A stretch of DNA of 64,000 nucleotides from assembly GCA_963848295.1 (NCBI GenBank), contig CAWKDB010000002.1:576001-640000 (forward strand), given 5' to 3'. Below are positions 1 through 12,120 of this stretch, piece by piece. The notes below the pieces were generated by a model. The model saw nothing but the letters and a program-made list of their open reading frames with translations. It made no database searches and was not told where the DNA came from. Origin of the DNA: an uncultured delta proteobacterium. Its GTDB lineage: Bacteria; Myxococcota_A; Polyangia; Haliangiales; Haliangiaceae. Both the position numbers and the translations under genes were made by a program. The first letter of the stretch is position 1. Each line of letters begins with the position of its first letter.

Positions 1-469
1 CTCGCTGGTCGAGGACGCCCTCACGGTGTTCGACGTCGAGATGGGCCAGGTCCGGGAGCAGGCCGAGGTCGCTCGCCGGTTGCGCGACACCTGGTCGATC
101 CTGGTCCGCTGGGCCGAGCGCGACGCCGAGGGTCCGCGGATCCTTCGCTTGCTCGCTCAGCCGGCGATTCGTCCGCAGCTATCGGACGAGGTCGTGACCG
201 CGGTATCCGCGGGCATTGCTCGCGTCCAGGACCACATCGGCGCCTGCATCGCCGACGGCATTCACGCGGGTCTGTATCGCCAAGTCAACGCGAGAGAGAT
301 CGCGGACTTGGCATGGTCGGTCCTGCTCGGCAGCCTCGACGCGGCCGAGATGGCGACCAACCTGGGTACCCCCTCCGAGGTCCTCGTCACGCGGACCGAC
401 CGGGCGCTGCACCTGCTCGAGACGGCGCTGATGCCTGCGGTCGCCGCCGGCCTGCGCGCCGTCGCGTAA
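1..469 (+). CDS. Probable TetR/AcrR-family regulator, C-terminal part (5' end likely outside window)
   Basis: Helical ORF with 'IADGIHAGLYRQVNAREIADLAWSVLLG', typical of TetR C-terminal domains; no HTH visible. Confidence 0.5.
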   Translation, partial: SLVEDALTVFDVEMGQVREQAEVARRLRDTWSILVRWAERDAEGPRILRLLAQPAIRPQLSDEVVTAVSAGIARVQDHIGACIADGIHAGLYRQVNAREIADLAWSVLLGSLDAAEMATNLGTPSEVLVTRTDRALHLLETALMPAVAAGLRAVA

Positions 470-514
470 CGACCGGTAGCAGATCCTGACCGGCGCTCGT
501 GCGTCGGATCGGGG

Positions 515-1180
515 ATGAGCTATCGCGATGACGTCGCCGCGCTGACCGCACGCCACCAGGCCCTCGCAGCGGAGCTCGCGGAACGCGATCGCGAGCTCGC
601 CGCGAGCAAGGCGATCCTCGACGAGGCCACCGCTCGAGCGAATCGGCCGATCCTCGATTCGATCCGAGTCGCGGCGCCGTGCAAGGCGTCGTGGGACGAC
701 ATGGCCGGCGACGATCGGGTGCGCCACTGCGCCGGTTGCGACAAGGACGTGTTCGATCTCTCGGCGCTGACCCGCGACGAAGCCGAAGCGTTGATCCGCG
801 AGCGAGTCGGCAACCTGTGCGGCCGTTACTATCAGCGCGCCGACGGCACGATCATCACGAGCGACTGTACGGTCGGCATCTCGCAACGCCGCCGCCGCCG
901 GGTGATGGCAGCCGGGCTCGCCGCGTTGCTCGCGAGCGCCGGCGGCCTCGCGATGGCGTTGTCGCGGCGATCTGGCGAGCCCGCTCCGGTCGCCGTCTCG
1001 GGCGCCGTAGCGATCGACGCGGTGCCGTCGCTGCAGGTCAGCCACGTCGAACCGCCGCCACCCGCCGGCACGACGGCAGACAACACCGCACCGCCACGAC
1101 CCGACCGGCTGATGGGTCACATCCACGTGACACCGGCGTCGGTCGCCAAGACGATGGGCCAGATCGCACTGCGGCGATGA
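515..1180 (+). CDS. Membrane protein with Cys-rich putative metal-binding domain (paralog 1)
   Basis: PCKASWDDM..RHCAGCDKDVFDLS..LCGRYYQRADGT..DC, then RRRRR and a TM helix. Confidence 0.8.
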   Translation: MSYRDDVAALTARHQALAAELAERDRELAASKAILDEATARANRPILDSIRVAAPCKASWDDMAGDDRVRHCAGCDKDVFDLSALTRDEAEALIRERVGNLCGRYYQRADGTIITSDCTVGISQRRRRRVMAAGLAALLASAGGLAMALSRRSGEPAPVAVSGAVAIDAVPSLQVSHVEPPPPAGTTADNTAPPRPDRLMGHIHVTPASVAKTMGQIALRR

Positions 1181-1878
1181 GCGAGCGCGACGATGTCGAT
1201 CGAACCGCAACGGCCCCGGGCGACGCTGCGCGAGCCCCCGACGTCGAGACCCTCGCTGCCCGTCACGCCGCGCTCGCGGCCGAGGTCGCCGAGCGCCAAC
1301 GCGAGCTCGCCGCGACCGAGGCGCTCCTCGTAGAAGCGTCGGCGCAGCGCAGCCGACCTCTGCTCGATAATCTCAAGATCGCCTCGCCGTGCCACGTCGC
1401 GTGGGATGACATGGACGGCGGCGATCGCGTTCGCCACTGCGCGAAGTGCAACAAGGACGTCTTCGATCTCTCCGCGCTCACGCGTGACGAAGCGGAGGCG
1501 CTGCTCCGCGAGCGCGCCGGCAACTTATGCGTCAGCAATTACCAGCGCGCCGACGGCACGGTGATCACGAGCGACTGCACGGTCGGCATCGCGAAGCGCC
1601 GGCGCCGGCGCGTGATGGCCGCGGGCCTCGCCGCGATGCTCGCGAGCGCGGGCGGGCTCGCGCTGTTCTTGTCACGGCGGTCTCACGACACGCTCGCGCC
1701 TACCCACCCGACGTCGGAGATGCGCGCCGCCGGCGGGGTGGTAGCCGTGCCGCGGCCCATCGAGCAGCCGGTGCTCCGCGCGGGTGGAGCCGCCCCGGTG
1801 CGGATCGAGCGGATGCCGCTGCGTGCGGCTGGAGCACCCCCGCGGGGTACCAGCAATGAGCTATCACGAAGACGTTAA
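1177..1878 (+). CDS. Tandem paralog 2 of the Cys-rich membrane protein
   Basis: ATGA overlap with previous stop; PCHVAWDDM..RHCAKCNKDVFDLS motif; true stop may be 1859 if a C is missing from the C-run near 1840. Confidence 0.8.
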   Translation: MSERDDVDRTATAPGDAARAPDVETLAARHAALAAEVAERQRELAATEALLVEASAQRSRPLLDNLKIASPCHVAWDDMDGGDRVRHCAKCNKDVFDLSALTRDEAEALLRERAGNLCVSNYQRADGTVITSDCTVGIAKRRRRRVMAAGLAAMLASAGGLALFLSRRSHDTLAPTHPTSEMRAAGGVVAVPRPIEQPVLRAGGAAPVRIERMPLRAAGAPPRGTSNELSRRR

Positions 1879-1922
1879 CGCCCTCGCGCTCCCCATCACG
1901 ATGGAGCTCGACGAGTAACTCC

Positions 1923-3491
<1,569 letters not shown>

Positions 3492-3521
3492 CGCCCGGCA
3501 CGGCCCGGCCGGCGACGTCCG

Positions 3522-4061
3522 CTAGTCGCCGCCCTTGGCGTCGTCGTCGCTGAAGTTGACCTTGCCGTTGTAGTGCTCGCCCTCGCCCAGGATCTTGAAC
3601 CGGCCCGAGGCGAGCACGCGCCCCTTGTTCTCGAGCGTCATGTAGAGTTCTTTGTTGACGCCGACCTGCTCCTTGTCGAGCTTGAGCGTCGACAGGATCG
3701 ACTTCTGGCCGCGCATGTCGGTGTACTGATCGAACGTCGTGAGCAGCTGCTGACTGCGGCCTTGGAGCTCGTACAGCTTGACGACGTACTCGACGTCGTT
3801 GAGCGGCGTCTTCAAGAACGCGGCGAAGTAGATCTTCCAGGTGTGCGTCGCCTTGTCTTCGTAGAAGTTGGTCTGCGAGAGCTTGCGGACCGCCTGGGTG
3901 TACGCGCTCGCGCTCTTCGAGGTCGTGGGGAAGCTCTTGGTCGACAAGATGACCCTGCCGCCGAACGCCGCATTCGGATCTTGTGCGGCGGCGGTGCGCG
4001 CGAACCCGAGCGCGACAGCGAGGACGGCAACGACCGAGAACAGCGAGGTGCGTGCGCGCAT
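3522..4061 (-). CDS. Exported hypothetical protein
   Basis: Signal peptide MRARTSLFSVVAVLAVALGFARTAAA|Q; protein-like composition. Confidence 0.8.
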   Translation of the reverse strand: MRARTSLFSVVAVLAVALGFARTAAAQDPNAAFGGRVILSTKSFPTTSKSASAYTQAVRKLSQTNFYEDKATHTWKIYFAAFLKTPLNDVEYVVKLYELQGRSQQLLTTFDQYTDMRGQKSILSTLKLDKEQVGVNKELYMTLENKGRVLASGRFKILGEGEHYNGKVNFSDDDAKGGD

Positions 4062-4104
4062 GGTGGCGATGCTAGCGCAGGTCGCCGGGCGAATCGACGG
4101 GGAA

Positions 4105-4992
4105 CTACGCGAGTAACGCTCGGATCGCGTCGAGCCCGGCGCGATCGGGAGCGTCGCTGCCGTCGATCCGCATCGCGATCTCGACCGCGTGTCGCGCAAG
4201 CGCTCGATAGATCTCGGCAAGGTCCGGCTTACCTTTAAGTGCATCGAGGTGCCGCTGGATCGTCGCCGCGTCGCCGCGCCGAACCGGCCCGGTCAGGCCG
4301 CGAGTCGTCCCTGCGAGCTCGACGTTCTTGACCGCGCCTTCGGCGAGCGGGATCAGCGCTTTGGCCGCGTGCTCGGGCGTAATGCCGACGCTGGCGAGCA
4401 CCTGCGCCGCGGCATCGATCGCGGCGACGAGGTAGTTCGACGCGAGCGCGGCGGCGCAGTGATAGGCGGCCATCTGCGTGATCTCGAGCGGCAGCACGAT
4501 GCAACCGATCGCGGTGACCAGCTTGTGCGCGGCGGCCCGGCCGAGCTCGTTGCCCTCGATGCCGAACACCGTGCCCTTGAGCGTGCGCATCGCGGCCTTG
4601 CCGTCGGCGATCGCGGACAACGGGTGGAACGTCGCGATACCGCCGACCTTGTCCGCGACCGGCCCGAGCAGCTCTTCGGCCGACGCCGCGCCTGCGCAGT
4701 GCAACAACACGTGGCGCTTACCGACCAGGCCCGTGCCCACGATCATCTGCGCGACCTCGGTGATGTGCTGATCGCGCACCGCGAGGATCACGACCTCGGA
4801 CTCGAGCAGGATGTCGGGCGGCGCCGACGAGAACGCCGCGACGCCGGCGGTCGAGCCCGCCGCGCGCGCGGGCCCGGGCTTTCGGGCCCACAGGCCGAGC
4901 ACCGGGACACCGCCGAGCCGCAGCGCGCCGGCGAGCGCGGTCGCGACCGGGCCAGCGCCGACGACAAACGTGGTGGGACTGCGCGCGGTCAC
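4105..4992 (-). CDS. Rossmann-like/DUF2520 oxidoreductase (PanG-like)
   Basis: VVGAGPVA, LAVRD, HCAGA, TFHPL, YHCAAALASN, LTGPVRRGD; GTGA overlap with nadD stop. Confidence 0.85.
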   Translation of the reverse strand: MTARSPTTFVVGAGPVATALAGALRLGGVPVLGLWARKPGPARAAGSTAGVAAFSSAPPDILLESEVVILAVRDQHITEVAQMIVGTGLVGKRHVLLHCAGAASAEELLGPVADKVGGIATFHPLSAIADGKAAMRTLKGTVFGIEGNELGRAAAHKLVTAIGCIVLPLEITQMAAYHCAAALASNYLVAAIDAAAQVLASVGITPEHAAKALIPLAEGAVKNVELAGTTRGLTGPVRRGDAATIQRHLDALKGKPDLAEIYRALARHAVEIAMRIDGSDAPDRAGLDAIRALLA

Positions 4993-5570
4993 TGGTAGAG
5001 CTTTCGCGAGCGGATATACCTCAGGACCGACGTCGGCAGTAGCCCGGCGACGTCGCGGCCCTGCCGGATCCGCTTGCGAATCTCGGTCCCCGAAATCGCG
5101 GGCATCGCCACGCCGGTTGCGGTCTTCCCTTTCACCGCGACGCCGCTGCGGCCCACGACGATCGCGGGCGCGCGCTTCATCAGCTCGTCCCAGCGATACC
5201 ACTTATCGGTCTCGGCCAAGATGTCGGCCCCGACCACGAGGCGAAACGCCGCCGCCGGCTCTCGCGCGCGCAGATAATCGACGAGGTCGAGGGTCCGACT
5301 CGCGACGAAACCGGGTCGCTTGGCGAGGGTCTGCTCGGCGAGGCTCACGCGCACGCGCGGCTTGCTCGCGAACACCGCCGCGACGCGCTTGCACATCTCG
5401 ACGCGGTCTTCGAACGGCGCGAGCTGCTTCGCGAACGGATGCGTGTAGGTCGGCACGAACCACAGCTCGTCGATCGGCTGGGTCGAGAGGACATAGCAGG
5501 CGACCAGCTGATGCGCGACGTGCGGCGGATCGAAGCTGCCGCCATAGAGCGCGATCGTCCGCTTACTCAT
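4989..5570 (-). CDS. nadD: Nicotinate-nucleotide adenylyltransferase
   Basis: YGGSFDPPHVAH, VGAD, ISGTEIR motifs. Confidence 0.92.
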   Translation of the reverse strand: MSKRTIALYGGSFDPPHVAHQLVACYVLSTQPIDELWFVPTYTHPFAKQLAPFEDRVEMCKRVAAVFASKPRVRVSLAEQTLAKRPGFVASRTLDLVDYLRAREPAAAFRLVVGADILAETDKWYRWDELMKRAPAIVVGRSGVAVKGKTATGVAMPAISGTEIRKRIRQGRDVAGLLPTSVLRYIRSRKLYQ

Positions 5571-6741
5571 ACAACAGATATTCCGCGCGCTCCTCGCCGA
5601 ACGCGCCCTCGTCGCGCGGCCAGCGTTCGCACAGCTCGTCGAGGCTCGCCCCCGCGGCGATCCCTTCGCGCAACCATGCCCCGCCGGCGAGTAGATCGAT
5701 CGCGGGGATCTGGTCGACGAACTCGTATGCCTTGTCGCGCCACTCGAACCGGTCGGGCGCCTGATCGCGACACGCCTTCACGAAGGCGACCCCGGTGCGA
5801 TACGAGCGGAACAGCTCGCGATCGGTCACGTGGAGCTGGACGCCGGCGCACACGGTCTTCGCGTGCTTCTGAAATTGCGGCAGGAACCCGCACGGCCGGA
5901 ACGTCACGCCCGGCAGCTGCATCGCGATCAGATCCTTCGCGAGCCGCGCGCCATCGAGGTGCGGCGCCCCCGCGAGCTCGAACGGCCGGGTCGTGCCACG
6001 GCCCTCGGACAGCTCGGTGCCTTCGACCAAGCACATGCCGGGGTAGACCAGCGCGGTATCGGTCGTCGGCATGTTCGGCGATGGCATCACCCACGGCAGG
6101 CCGGTGTGCTCGAACCACAGGTCGCGAGTCCAACCTCGCATCGTGATCACGTAGAGCTCGACATCGAGCTCTTCGACCGCGTGGCGCCAACGGGCGATCT
6201 CACCGGCGGTGAGGCCGTGGCGGACCGGACAGGACATGAGGCCCACGAAAGACTCGAACCCCGCCGCGATCCCGTTGCCCTCGACATGACCACCGCCGAG
6301 CGGGTTCGGCCGGTCGAGCACGACAAACGCTTTGCCCGCCTGCGCACATGCGCGCATCGCGAGCACCATCGTCCACACGAACGTGTAGTAACGCGCGCCG
6401 ATGTCCTGGACGTCGAACACGACGACGTCGAGGTCCTCGAGCATCGCGGCGGTCGGCGCCAGCGACGCGACGGTCTGGCCGTACAAGCTGTGAACCGGCA
6501 ACCCGCTCGCCGGATCGCGCGCATCGCCGACCGCGATCATGTCTTGCGCGTCGCCGCGCACGCCGTGCTCGGGCCCGAACAACGAGACCAACTTCAGCTC
6601 GTTGCGGCCGCGAATCAACTCGATCGCGTGGCGCAGCTCGGCGTCGACCGAGGTCGGATTGCAGACGAGGCCCAGCCTGCGCCCGGCGAGCAGGGGACTG
6701 CCGTCCGCGGCAAGTCGTGCGAGCCCGGTCTGGACGGTCAC
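5563..6741 (-). CDS. namZ: Exo-beta-N-acetylmuramidase NamZ / DUF1343 family
   Basis: LFGPEHG, DVQDIGARYYT, LDRPNP, PSPNMP, SEGRGTTRPFE. Confidence 0.9.
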   Translation of the reverse strand: MTVQTGLARLAADGSPLLAGRRLGLVCNPTSVDAELRHAIELIRGRNELKLVSLFGPEHGVRGDAQDMIAVGDARDPASGLPVHSLYGQTVASLAPTAAMLEDLDVVVFDVQDIGARYYTFVWTMVLAMRACAQAGKAFVVLDRPNPLGGGHVEGNGIAAGFESFVGLMSCPVRHGLTAGEIARWRHAVEELDVELYVITMRGWTRDLWFEHTGLPWVMPSPNMPTTDTALVYPGMCLVEGTELSEGRGTTRPFELAGAPHLDGARLAKDLIAMQLPGVTFRPCGFLPQFQKHAKTVCAGVQLHVTDRELFRSYRTGVAFVKACRDQAPDRFEWRDKAYEFVDQIPAIDLLAGGAWLREGIAAGASLDELCERWPRDEGAFGEERAEYLLYE

Positions 6742-6782
6742 CGCATCACCATAGCGCCTAGCGCGCGCAGATCACGGGTCGC

Positions 6783-8304
6783 TCAGGCGAAGATCGGCAC
6801 CGGCTTCAAGGAGACCTTATTGTCCTTGGTCACGACGCGGAACCGGACGGCGCGGCACTGGTACTGCGCCTTCAGCTTGCCCTCGTTGACCTTCAACTTC
6901 GCGATGAAGTTCTCGAACGACACGTCGTCGGGCTGCCCGACCGACTTCCGCGCCGCCTGGTACTCGGTATAGACGCGCTTGTAGTAGTCGGGCTCGGCTT
7001 CCTGCGCGAGCGCGGCGAGGTCTGGATCCGGCGCCTTGGCTTGCGCCGCGCCTTCGTCGCCTTCGTCGAACTCGACGCGACCGGGCACGATCGGATTGCC
7101 GTCGTCGTCGAACTCTTCTTCACCCGGCTCGGGGCGACCGAGCAAGCGCGCGAGCATGACGTTGAGCCCGTTCGACAGCCCGTCGAGCTCGGGCCCGACC
7201 GGGCGGAACGTGCGATCGAGGTTGCCGCTGATGATGTCGGTGACCCCGAGCTCCACTTGATCGATCTGCGCGATCAGCCGGCGATTCGACAGATACAGCC
7301 CGAGCATCGCGAGCGCGAGCGCGCCGCCGCCGAGCAACAGGATCGCGAGCTTGATCGTCGACGACGAATTGCCGGACTCGACGATCGGCGCGAGCACGAC
7401 CGCGCCGGCGGTGACCGGCGGATACGTCGAAGGGATCCGCTTCGAGTTCGTGAACGCCCGCGGCATCGGTACGCTCGACGCGTAGTAGTCGGTGCCGCCG
7501 ATCGTCACCTTTTGGACATCCATCGACTGCGGGATCTTGCCGGTCTTGAGGAAGTCCGAGAGCTGCTTCGCCCTGCCCGTGTCCTCTTCGCTGCCGCCGC
7601 CCAGGGTCGTGAAGCTCGTCGCGACGACCGTCGGGCCGCTGTAGTAGGCCACGTCGGCGCCGAGCAGCGCCTTGTCGTTCTGCGCTTCCTTCGCGGTCTG
7701 CGCGTACGCGACGACGACGGCGCCGATGATCGTGACGCCGTCCGGATCGTTCGCAGGCGGGGCCTGGTTCGGATCGATGATCGGCGCGACGCCGACCTTC
7801 ATCATCCGATCTTGGTAGTACCAGACGTCGCTGATGATGACCTTGCCGCCGAGCACCGCGTCGATCGCGGGGAGGATGTTGTTGCCCTTGTCATCCTTCC
7901 ACTGCTTCGGGAACGACGTTCGCCACGTCGTTCATCGCGATCAGGTTGCCGTTACCTTCGGCGCTGACCAGCGCGATGATGTCCGGGCGAACCTCGCCTT
8001 CCTTGTCGTTCGCGGTGAACTTCGTGAAGCCCAAGCGCGCCTGATGTTGGCGCTCGCCCGGGTTGTCGACCGCCTTCAACGCCGCGACAAAGCTCGGCTC
8101 CGCGGCGAGCCGCTCGGCCTTGTTCTGAACGTCGATCGCCTCGAGCTGTGCGAGCTGACCGATGACCTGGTACGCGCGTTGCGCCTGGTTATGGGCGTCC
8201 CGCTTGATCTTCTCGTCCAAGTTGGCAGATGTGACAAACAGCGCGATGGCCGCGAGTGCGGCAATCACGACAGCAACGACGGCGGCTATGACCACGCGAG
8301 GCAT
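6783..8304 (-). CDS. MXAN_5187-like membrane protein with periplasmic domain and conserved C-terminal domain; split by an apparent +1 indel near 7910
   Basis: C-terminus 'YYKRVYTEYQAARKSVG..FIAKL..YQCRAVRFRVVTKDNKVSLKP'; removing one base in the G-run at 7909-7911 joins ORFs 7891-8304 and 6783-7856 (NVVPKQWKDDKG). Confidence 0.75.
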
Positions 8305-8366
8305 GATCCCTCCGGCGCGGATTATTCGTGCGTTATCGCGGGGCTGTCAATCGAACCACCCTCGAA

Positions 8367-10025
8367 CTACGGCGCGGTGCCGAACTTCTTCGCCATGTCG
8401 CAGATCAGCTTCAGCGCATCTCCCGCGCCCGGTTGTGCCGGGTCGAGCGGCTGAAACTCGCAGACGGCGGCCGCGAGGCCCGTGCGCAGCGCGTCATCGA
8501 GCACGGACGGATCGTCGACGATCAAGAGATTGTGGCTACCGTGAGCACCGATCGCCTGGGCGGCGAGCGTGCCGTGGCAGTCTTCTGGCGCGGCCGCGAC
8601 CGGGTACGCGCTCGGCTCGCACATCGCGGCCTGAGGGATCACCACGATCTCGTCGATCACGTCGAGCTTGGCCTGGAGCTTCGGATCGAATGCGCGCAGC
8701 TTTTCGAGCGTCGCGCGATACGCGGCCGCGACCGCGGTCGGCGTCTCCTTGCTGTCGGTCTCGATCAGCACGTGGAGATCGTTGAACCGCTTGCCAGCGG
8801 TGAGCGTCACGCCGCGAATCACGGTGACCGGCTCGTAGCTGGCGGCATGGCCGCGGATCACGAAGAACGCGACCGCGGCGCCACCTAGCACGAGCAGCCC
8901 GGCGATCCCGGCGAGCGCGTAGCGCCACGAGCTCCGCACCGCCGGGTCACGCCGCGGTGGCCCCGGCTCGAGCTGATCGGCGAGCTCGTTCGCGGTGACG
9001 AGCCGGGCGGGCGGCAGCGGTGTCGCCGGCGGCGGGATCGAGGTCGCGGCCCCACGCGCCGCACCGAGGACTTCGCGGCTGACTCGCTGGGTCTCGACCA
9101 GGCCGAGGTCGCCGTCGCGCAGCGCGCTCTCGAGCAGCTTGCGCATGTCGCGCGCGGTCTCGTAGCGGTCGTCGGCCTTCTTCGCGAGGCTCGTCAGCAC
9201 GACCTCCTCGACCACACTCGGCAGCGCGATGCCGAGCGCGCTCGGCCGCTTCGGCGCGTCCGAGAGGTGCTTCGTCATGATCTCGAAGTGCGTGCTGCCG
9301 TCGAACGGCGTATCTCCGACGAGCGACTCGTACATCGTGGCGCCCAGCGAGTACAGGTCGGTGCGCAGGTCGACCTCCTGGCCTCGGACCTGCTCCGGCG
9401 ACATGTAGCGCACGGTGCCCATCGTCTGGCCGGTCGCGGTCAGCTTCGTCGACGTCGTCATCTTGGCGATGCCGAAGTCCATGACCGTCGCGGCGCCGTC
9501 GGGCTCGCGCACGAGCACGTTCGAAGGCTTCATGTCGCGATGCACGACGCCGCGACCGTGTGCGTACTCGAGCGCCTTCAACACGTCGATCGCGATCCGG
9601 CACGTCGCGACCCAATCGAGGCGCTGCGATTCGAGGATCTGGCGCTCCCAGGTCTTGCCCTGGACGAACTGCATCGCGAGCACGAAGCTGCCGTTCTCTG
9701 AGCCGAAGTTGTACAGGTGGACGATGTTCGGGTGATCGAGCGCGGCCAACGCCTTCGCCTCTTCGAGGAACCGCGACTTGACCTGGCTGTGCGCGGCGAG
9801 CTCGGGCGGCAGGATCTTCAGCGCGACCTCTTGGTCGGTCATCTTGTGCCGCGCTTTGAACACCACGCTCATTCCGCCTTGGCCGAGCACGTCGACCAGC
9901 TCGTATTGGCCAAGGACGGTCTGGCCGAGCATGCGATGGGCGCCGGTCGCGCCCAGTGCGGCACCGCAGTGAGCGCACTTGACGTCGATATCGAGCACTT
10001 CGGAGTTGCACGCCGGGCAGTTCAT
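8367..10025 (-). CDS. Ser/Thr protein kinase with zinc ribbon and TM helix
   Basis: MNCPAC..CAHC; LGQGGMSVVF, HRDMKPSN, DFG, GTVRYMSPEQ. Confidence 0.93.
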   Translation of the reverse strand: MNCPACNSEVLDIDVKCAHCGAALGATGAHRMLGQTVLGQYELVDVLGQGGMSVVFKARHKMTDQEVALKILPPELAAHSQVKSRFLEEAKALAALDHPNIVHLYNFGSENGSFVLAMQFVQGKTWERQILESQRLDWVATCRIAIDVLKALEYAHGRGVVHRDMKPSNVLVREPDGAATVMDFGIAKMTTSTKLTATGQTMGTVRYMSPEQVRGQEVDLRTDLYSLGATMYESLVGDTPFDGSTHFEIMTKHLSDAPKRPSALGIALPSVVEEVVLTSLAKKADDRYETARDMRKLLESALRDGDLGLVETQRVSREVLGAARGAATSIPPPATPLPPARLVTANELADQLEPGPPRRDPAVRSSWRYALAGIAGLLVLGGAAVAFFVIRGHAASYEPVTVIRGVTLTAGKRFNDLHVLIETDSKETPTAVAAAYRATLEKLRAFDPKLQAKLDVIDEIVVIPQAAMCEPSAYPVAAAPEDCHGTLAAQAIGAHGSHNLLIVDDPSVLDDALRTGLAAAVCEFQPLDPAQPGAGDALKLICDMAKKFGTAP

Positions 10026-10957
10026 CGCGCCTTGCGTTCCCAGCCCGGGATGCGATCGAGCAGCTTGCCGAGCTCGTCGTTGACGATCGCCGGGTACTCG
10101 ACCGGCGTGTAGTGCGTGCCGCCTTCGATCACGACGAGCCGCGACCCGCGAATCAGCCGGTGCATGTGCTCGGCGGTCGCGGGCGGCGTCATGAGATCGC
10201 CGTCGGCGGTGACGATCGAGACCGGCACGGTGATCGTCGGCAGCACGTCCTCCGCGTCGTGCTCGTCGAGCCGGCTCAACAGGTCGGTATAGATCCGCCA
10301 GTCGACGGTGTGGAACCCGGCCGCGACCTGGCGAAAGATATCGACGTCGATCGTGTCCGACACGAGGCCGAAGCGCTTCATCGCCGTGATCAACGCATCG
10401 GAGCCCGCGACCACGCGTGTCGCGCGACCGATGAAGTCCGCCTGCGCGCGGATCAGGCGGAGCAGCATCGGAATGGTCTGGCCGATCAGCCGGCTGCCGA
10501 GCACGGTGCGGAACGTCCGACCGTAGGTCCCGTTGATGGCGAGCATGCCTTTGACCCGCTCGCGGTGACGGCGGATCGTCTCGAACCCGACCTGGACGCC
10601 CATCGACCATCCGATGATGACGAAGTCGCCGATGTGCTCCTGCTCGAGGATCGCCATCAGATCTTCGACCTGATCAGCGACGGTATTGGCGCGCGGGTCC
10701 TTCGGTGCGCCCGAGGTGTAGAGACCGCGGTAGTCCCAACACACCGTGCGATAGTCGGTCAGGGCGCGATAGAGGTGAGTGAACGCGACGTACGTGCCGC
10801 CCAGCCCGTTTGCGAGCACGACCGCAGGACCCGAATCACCGCTGACCTGGTAGCCGATCCTCGTGCCGTCGCGCGCCGTGACATGGCGCTGCTCGATCAG
10901 TTCGCGCCGGGCGCTACCGGTGGCGGGCAAGCCCCCGACGCTCGGTTCCGATCCCAT
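10022..10957 (-). CDS. Alpha/beta fold hydrolase
   Basis: LANGLGG, WDYRG, GWSMG nucleophile elbow, GGTH. Confidence 0.9.
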   Translation of the reverse strand: MGSEPSVGGLPATGSARRELIEQRHVTARDGTRIGYQVSGDSGPAVVLANGLGGTYVAFTHLYRALTDYRTVCWDYRGLYTSGAPKDPRANTVADQVEDLMAILEQEHIGDFVIIGWSMGVQVGFETIRRHRERVKGMLAINGTYGRTFRTVLGSRLIGQTIPMLLRLIRAQADFIGRATRVVAGSDALITAMKRFGLVSDTIDVDIFRQVAAGFHTVDWRIYTDLLSRLDEHDAEDVLPTITVPVSIVTADGDLMTPPATAEHMHRLIRGSRLVVIEGGTHYTPVEYPAIVNDELGKLLDRIPGWERKAR

Positions 10958-10984
10958 CGCTCGTCATCGTAGCCCGAACGTCCG

Positions 10985-11021
10985 AAAAACAACAACGGGC
11001 GCCCGGTTCCGGGGCCCGTTG
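10985..11021 (-). terminator. Rho-independent terminator
   Basis: Minus strand CAACGGGC...GCCCGTTG stem followed by TTGTTTTT, just after the stop at 11044. Confidence 0.75.
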
Positions 11022-11043
11022 CAAGGTCAGCGACCCTGTCGCT

Positions 11044-12036
11044 CTAGAAGTAGAGGATCGCCGCGAGCCGACCGCGCGTGTAGTCCTCGCTGTCTCCGCT
11101 GTTCGCCGCCGGCGGCGTCGCGACACGGGCGCTCGCCCCGGCCGGACCCGTCGTGCCCGCATCCTGCGACACGGTCGAACGGCTGCCCGCTCGGATGTCG
11201 AGCGTGATGTGGAAGTGCGGCGTGATCGCGTAGCGCAAGCCGGCGCCGATCTCGGCGAAGTCCTGGGTCGTGTTGTAATCGCCGTCGACGTTCGCTTGCT
11301 GCACGCCGAGCCCGACCAGCACGTATGGGGCGAGCTTGTTACGCGCGCCGATTTCATAGAGCAGCGATCCGCCGAGCCGGCGATCGACGCGCTCGTTCGA
11401 TTGATACGTCGTCTTGCCGAGCTCGCCTTCGATGATGAGGCCCTCGGTCAGACGGAAGCGCGCGAGTAGACCGTAGTCGCTCGAGCCCGTCGCCGAGTTC
11501 TGCGGTGCATTGTTGACGTCGGCCATGCCGCCGAACAGGCCGACGCCGAACCGTGGCAGCGGCTGCTGGACGACGAGCGCGGCGCCGACCGAGGGATCAG
11601 CGTAGCCCGGCTGGACCGGGTAGTAGCTCGAGCCGTAGTACGACGGGACGTACTCGGGATAGTAGTAAGCGTACGGGTTGTACCAATACGGGTAGCCGCC
11701 GACCCAGACGTGGCCGTTGACGCCCCAGTGATAACCGCCGCCGTAACCTCGACCGCCGTAACCGTGGCCGCGATAGGCAAAGGCGCCGCCACCGCCGACG
11801 TGAACGCCACCGTAAGCGCGGACGCCGCCACCGCCGACGTGGACGCCGCCCGAGAAGTGAACGCCGCCTCCGAAATGGCCGCCGCCGCTGAAATGGCCGC
11901 CGCCGCCGAAATGGCCGCCGCCACCGCCGCCGTGGCCACCTCCGCCGCCGCCGCCGCGGCCTGCCTCTGCGGTCCCGAGCTGGAACATGGTCGCGACCGA
12001 GAGAACACCGATAAGAATTGGTAGGCGACGAGTCAC
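11044..12036 (-). CDS. Outer-membrane beta-barrel protein with Gly/His- and Tyr/Pro-rich N-terminal region
   Basis: Signal peptide, GGGHF/GGVH repeats, amphipathic strands (APYVLVGLG, GAGLRY), terminal YF; start codon inferred. Confidence 0.8.
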   Translation of the reverse strand: MTRRLPILIGVLSVATMFQLGTAEAGRGGGGGGGHGGGGGGHFGGGGHFSGGGHFGGGVHFSGGVHVGGGGVRAYGGVHVGGGGAFAYRGHGYGGRGYGGGYHWGVNGHVWVGGYPYWYNPYAYYYPEYVPSYYGSSYYPVQPGYADPSVGAALVVQQPLPRFGVGLFGGMADVNNAPQNSATGSSDYGLLARFRLTEGLIIEGELGKTTYQSNERVDRRLGGSLLYEIGARNKLAPYVLVGLGVQQANVDGDYNTTQDFAEIGAGLRYAITPHFHITLDIRAGSRSTVSQDAGTTGPAGASARVATPPAANSGDSEDYTRGRLAAILYF

Positions 12037-12104
12037 GGCATTATGCCTTTCGACGTAAGGACCATCGTGCAATGGGACGCGTGGGCGCACCCGTTGGTTT
12101 AGTT

Positions 12105-12120
12105 TGCACTGGGCGGGCCA
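12105..12120 (-). promoter_or_regulatory. Putative sigma54 -24/-12 promoter
   Basis: Minus strand TGGCCCGCCCAGTGCA (GG-N10-GC) upstream of the OMP gene. Confidence 0.5.
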
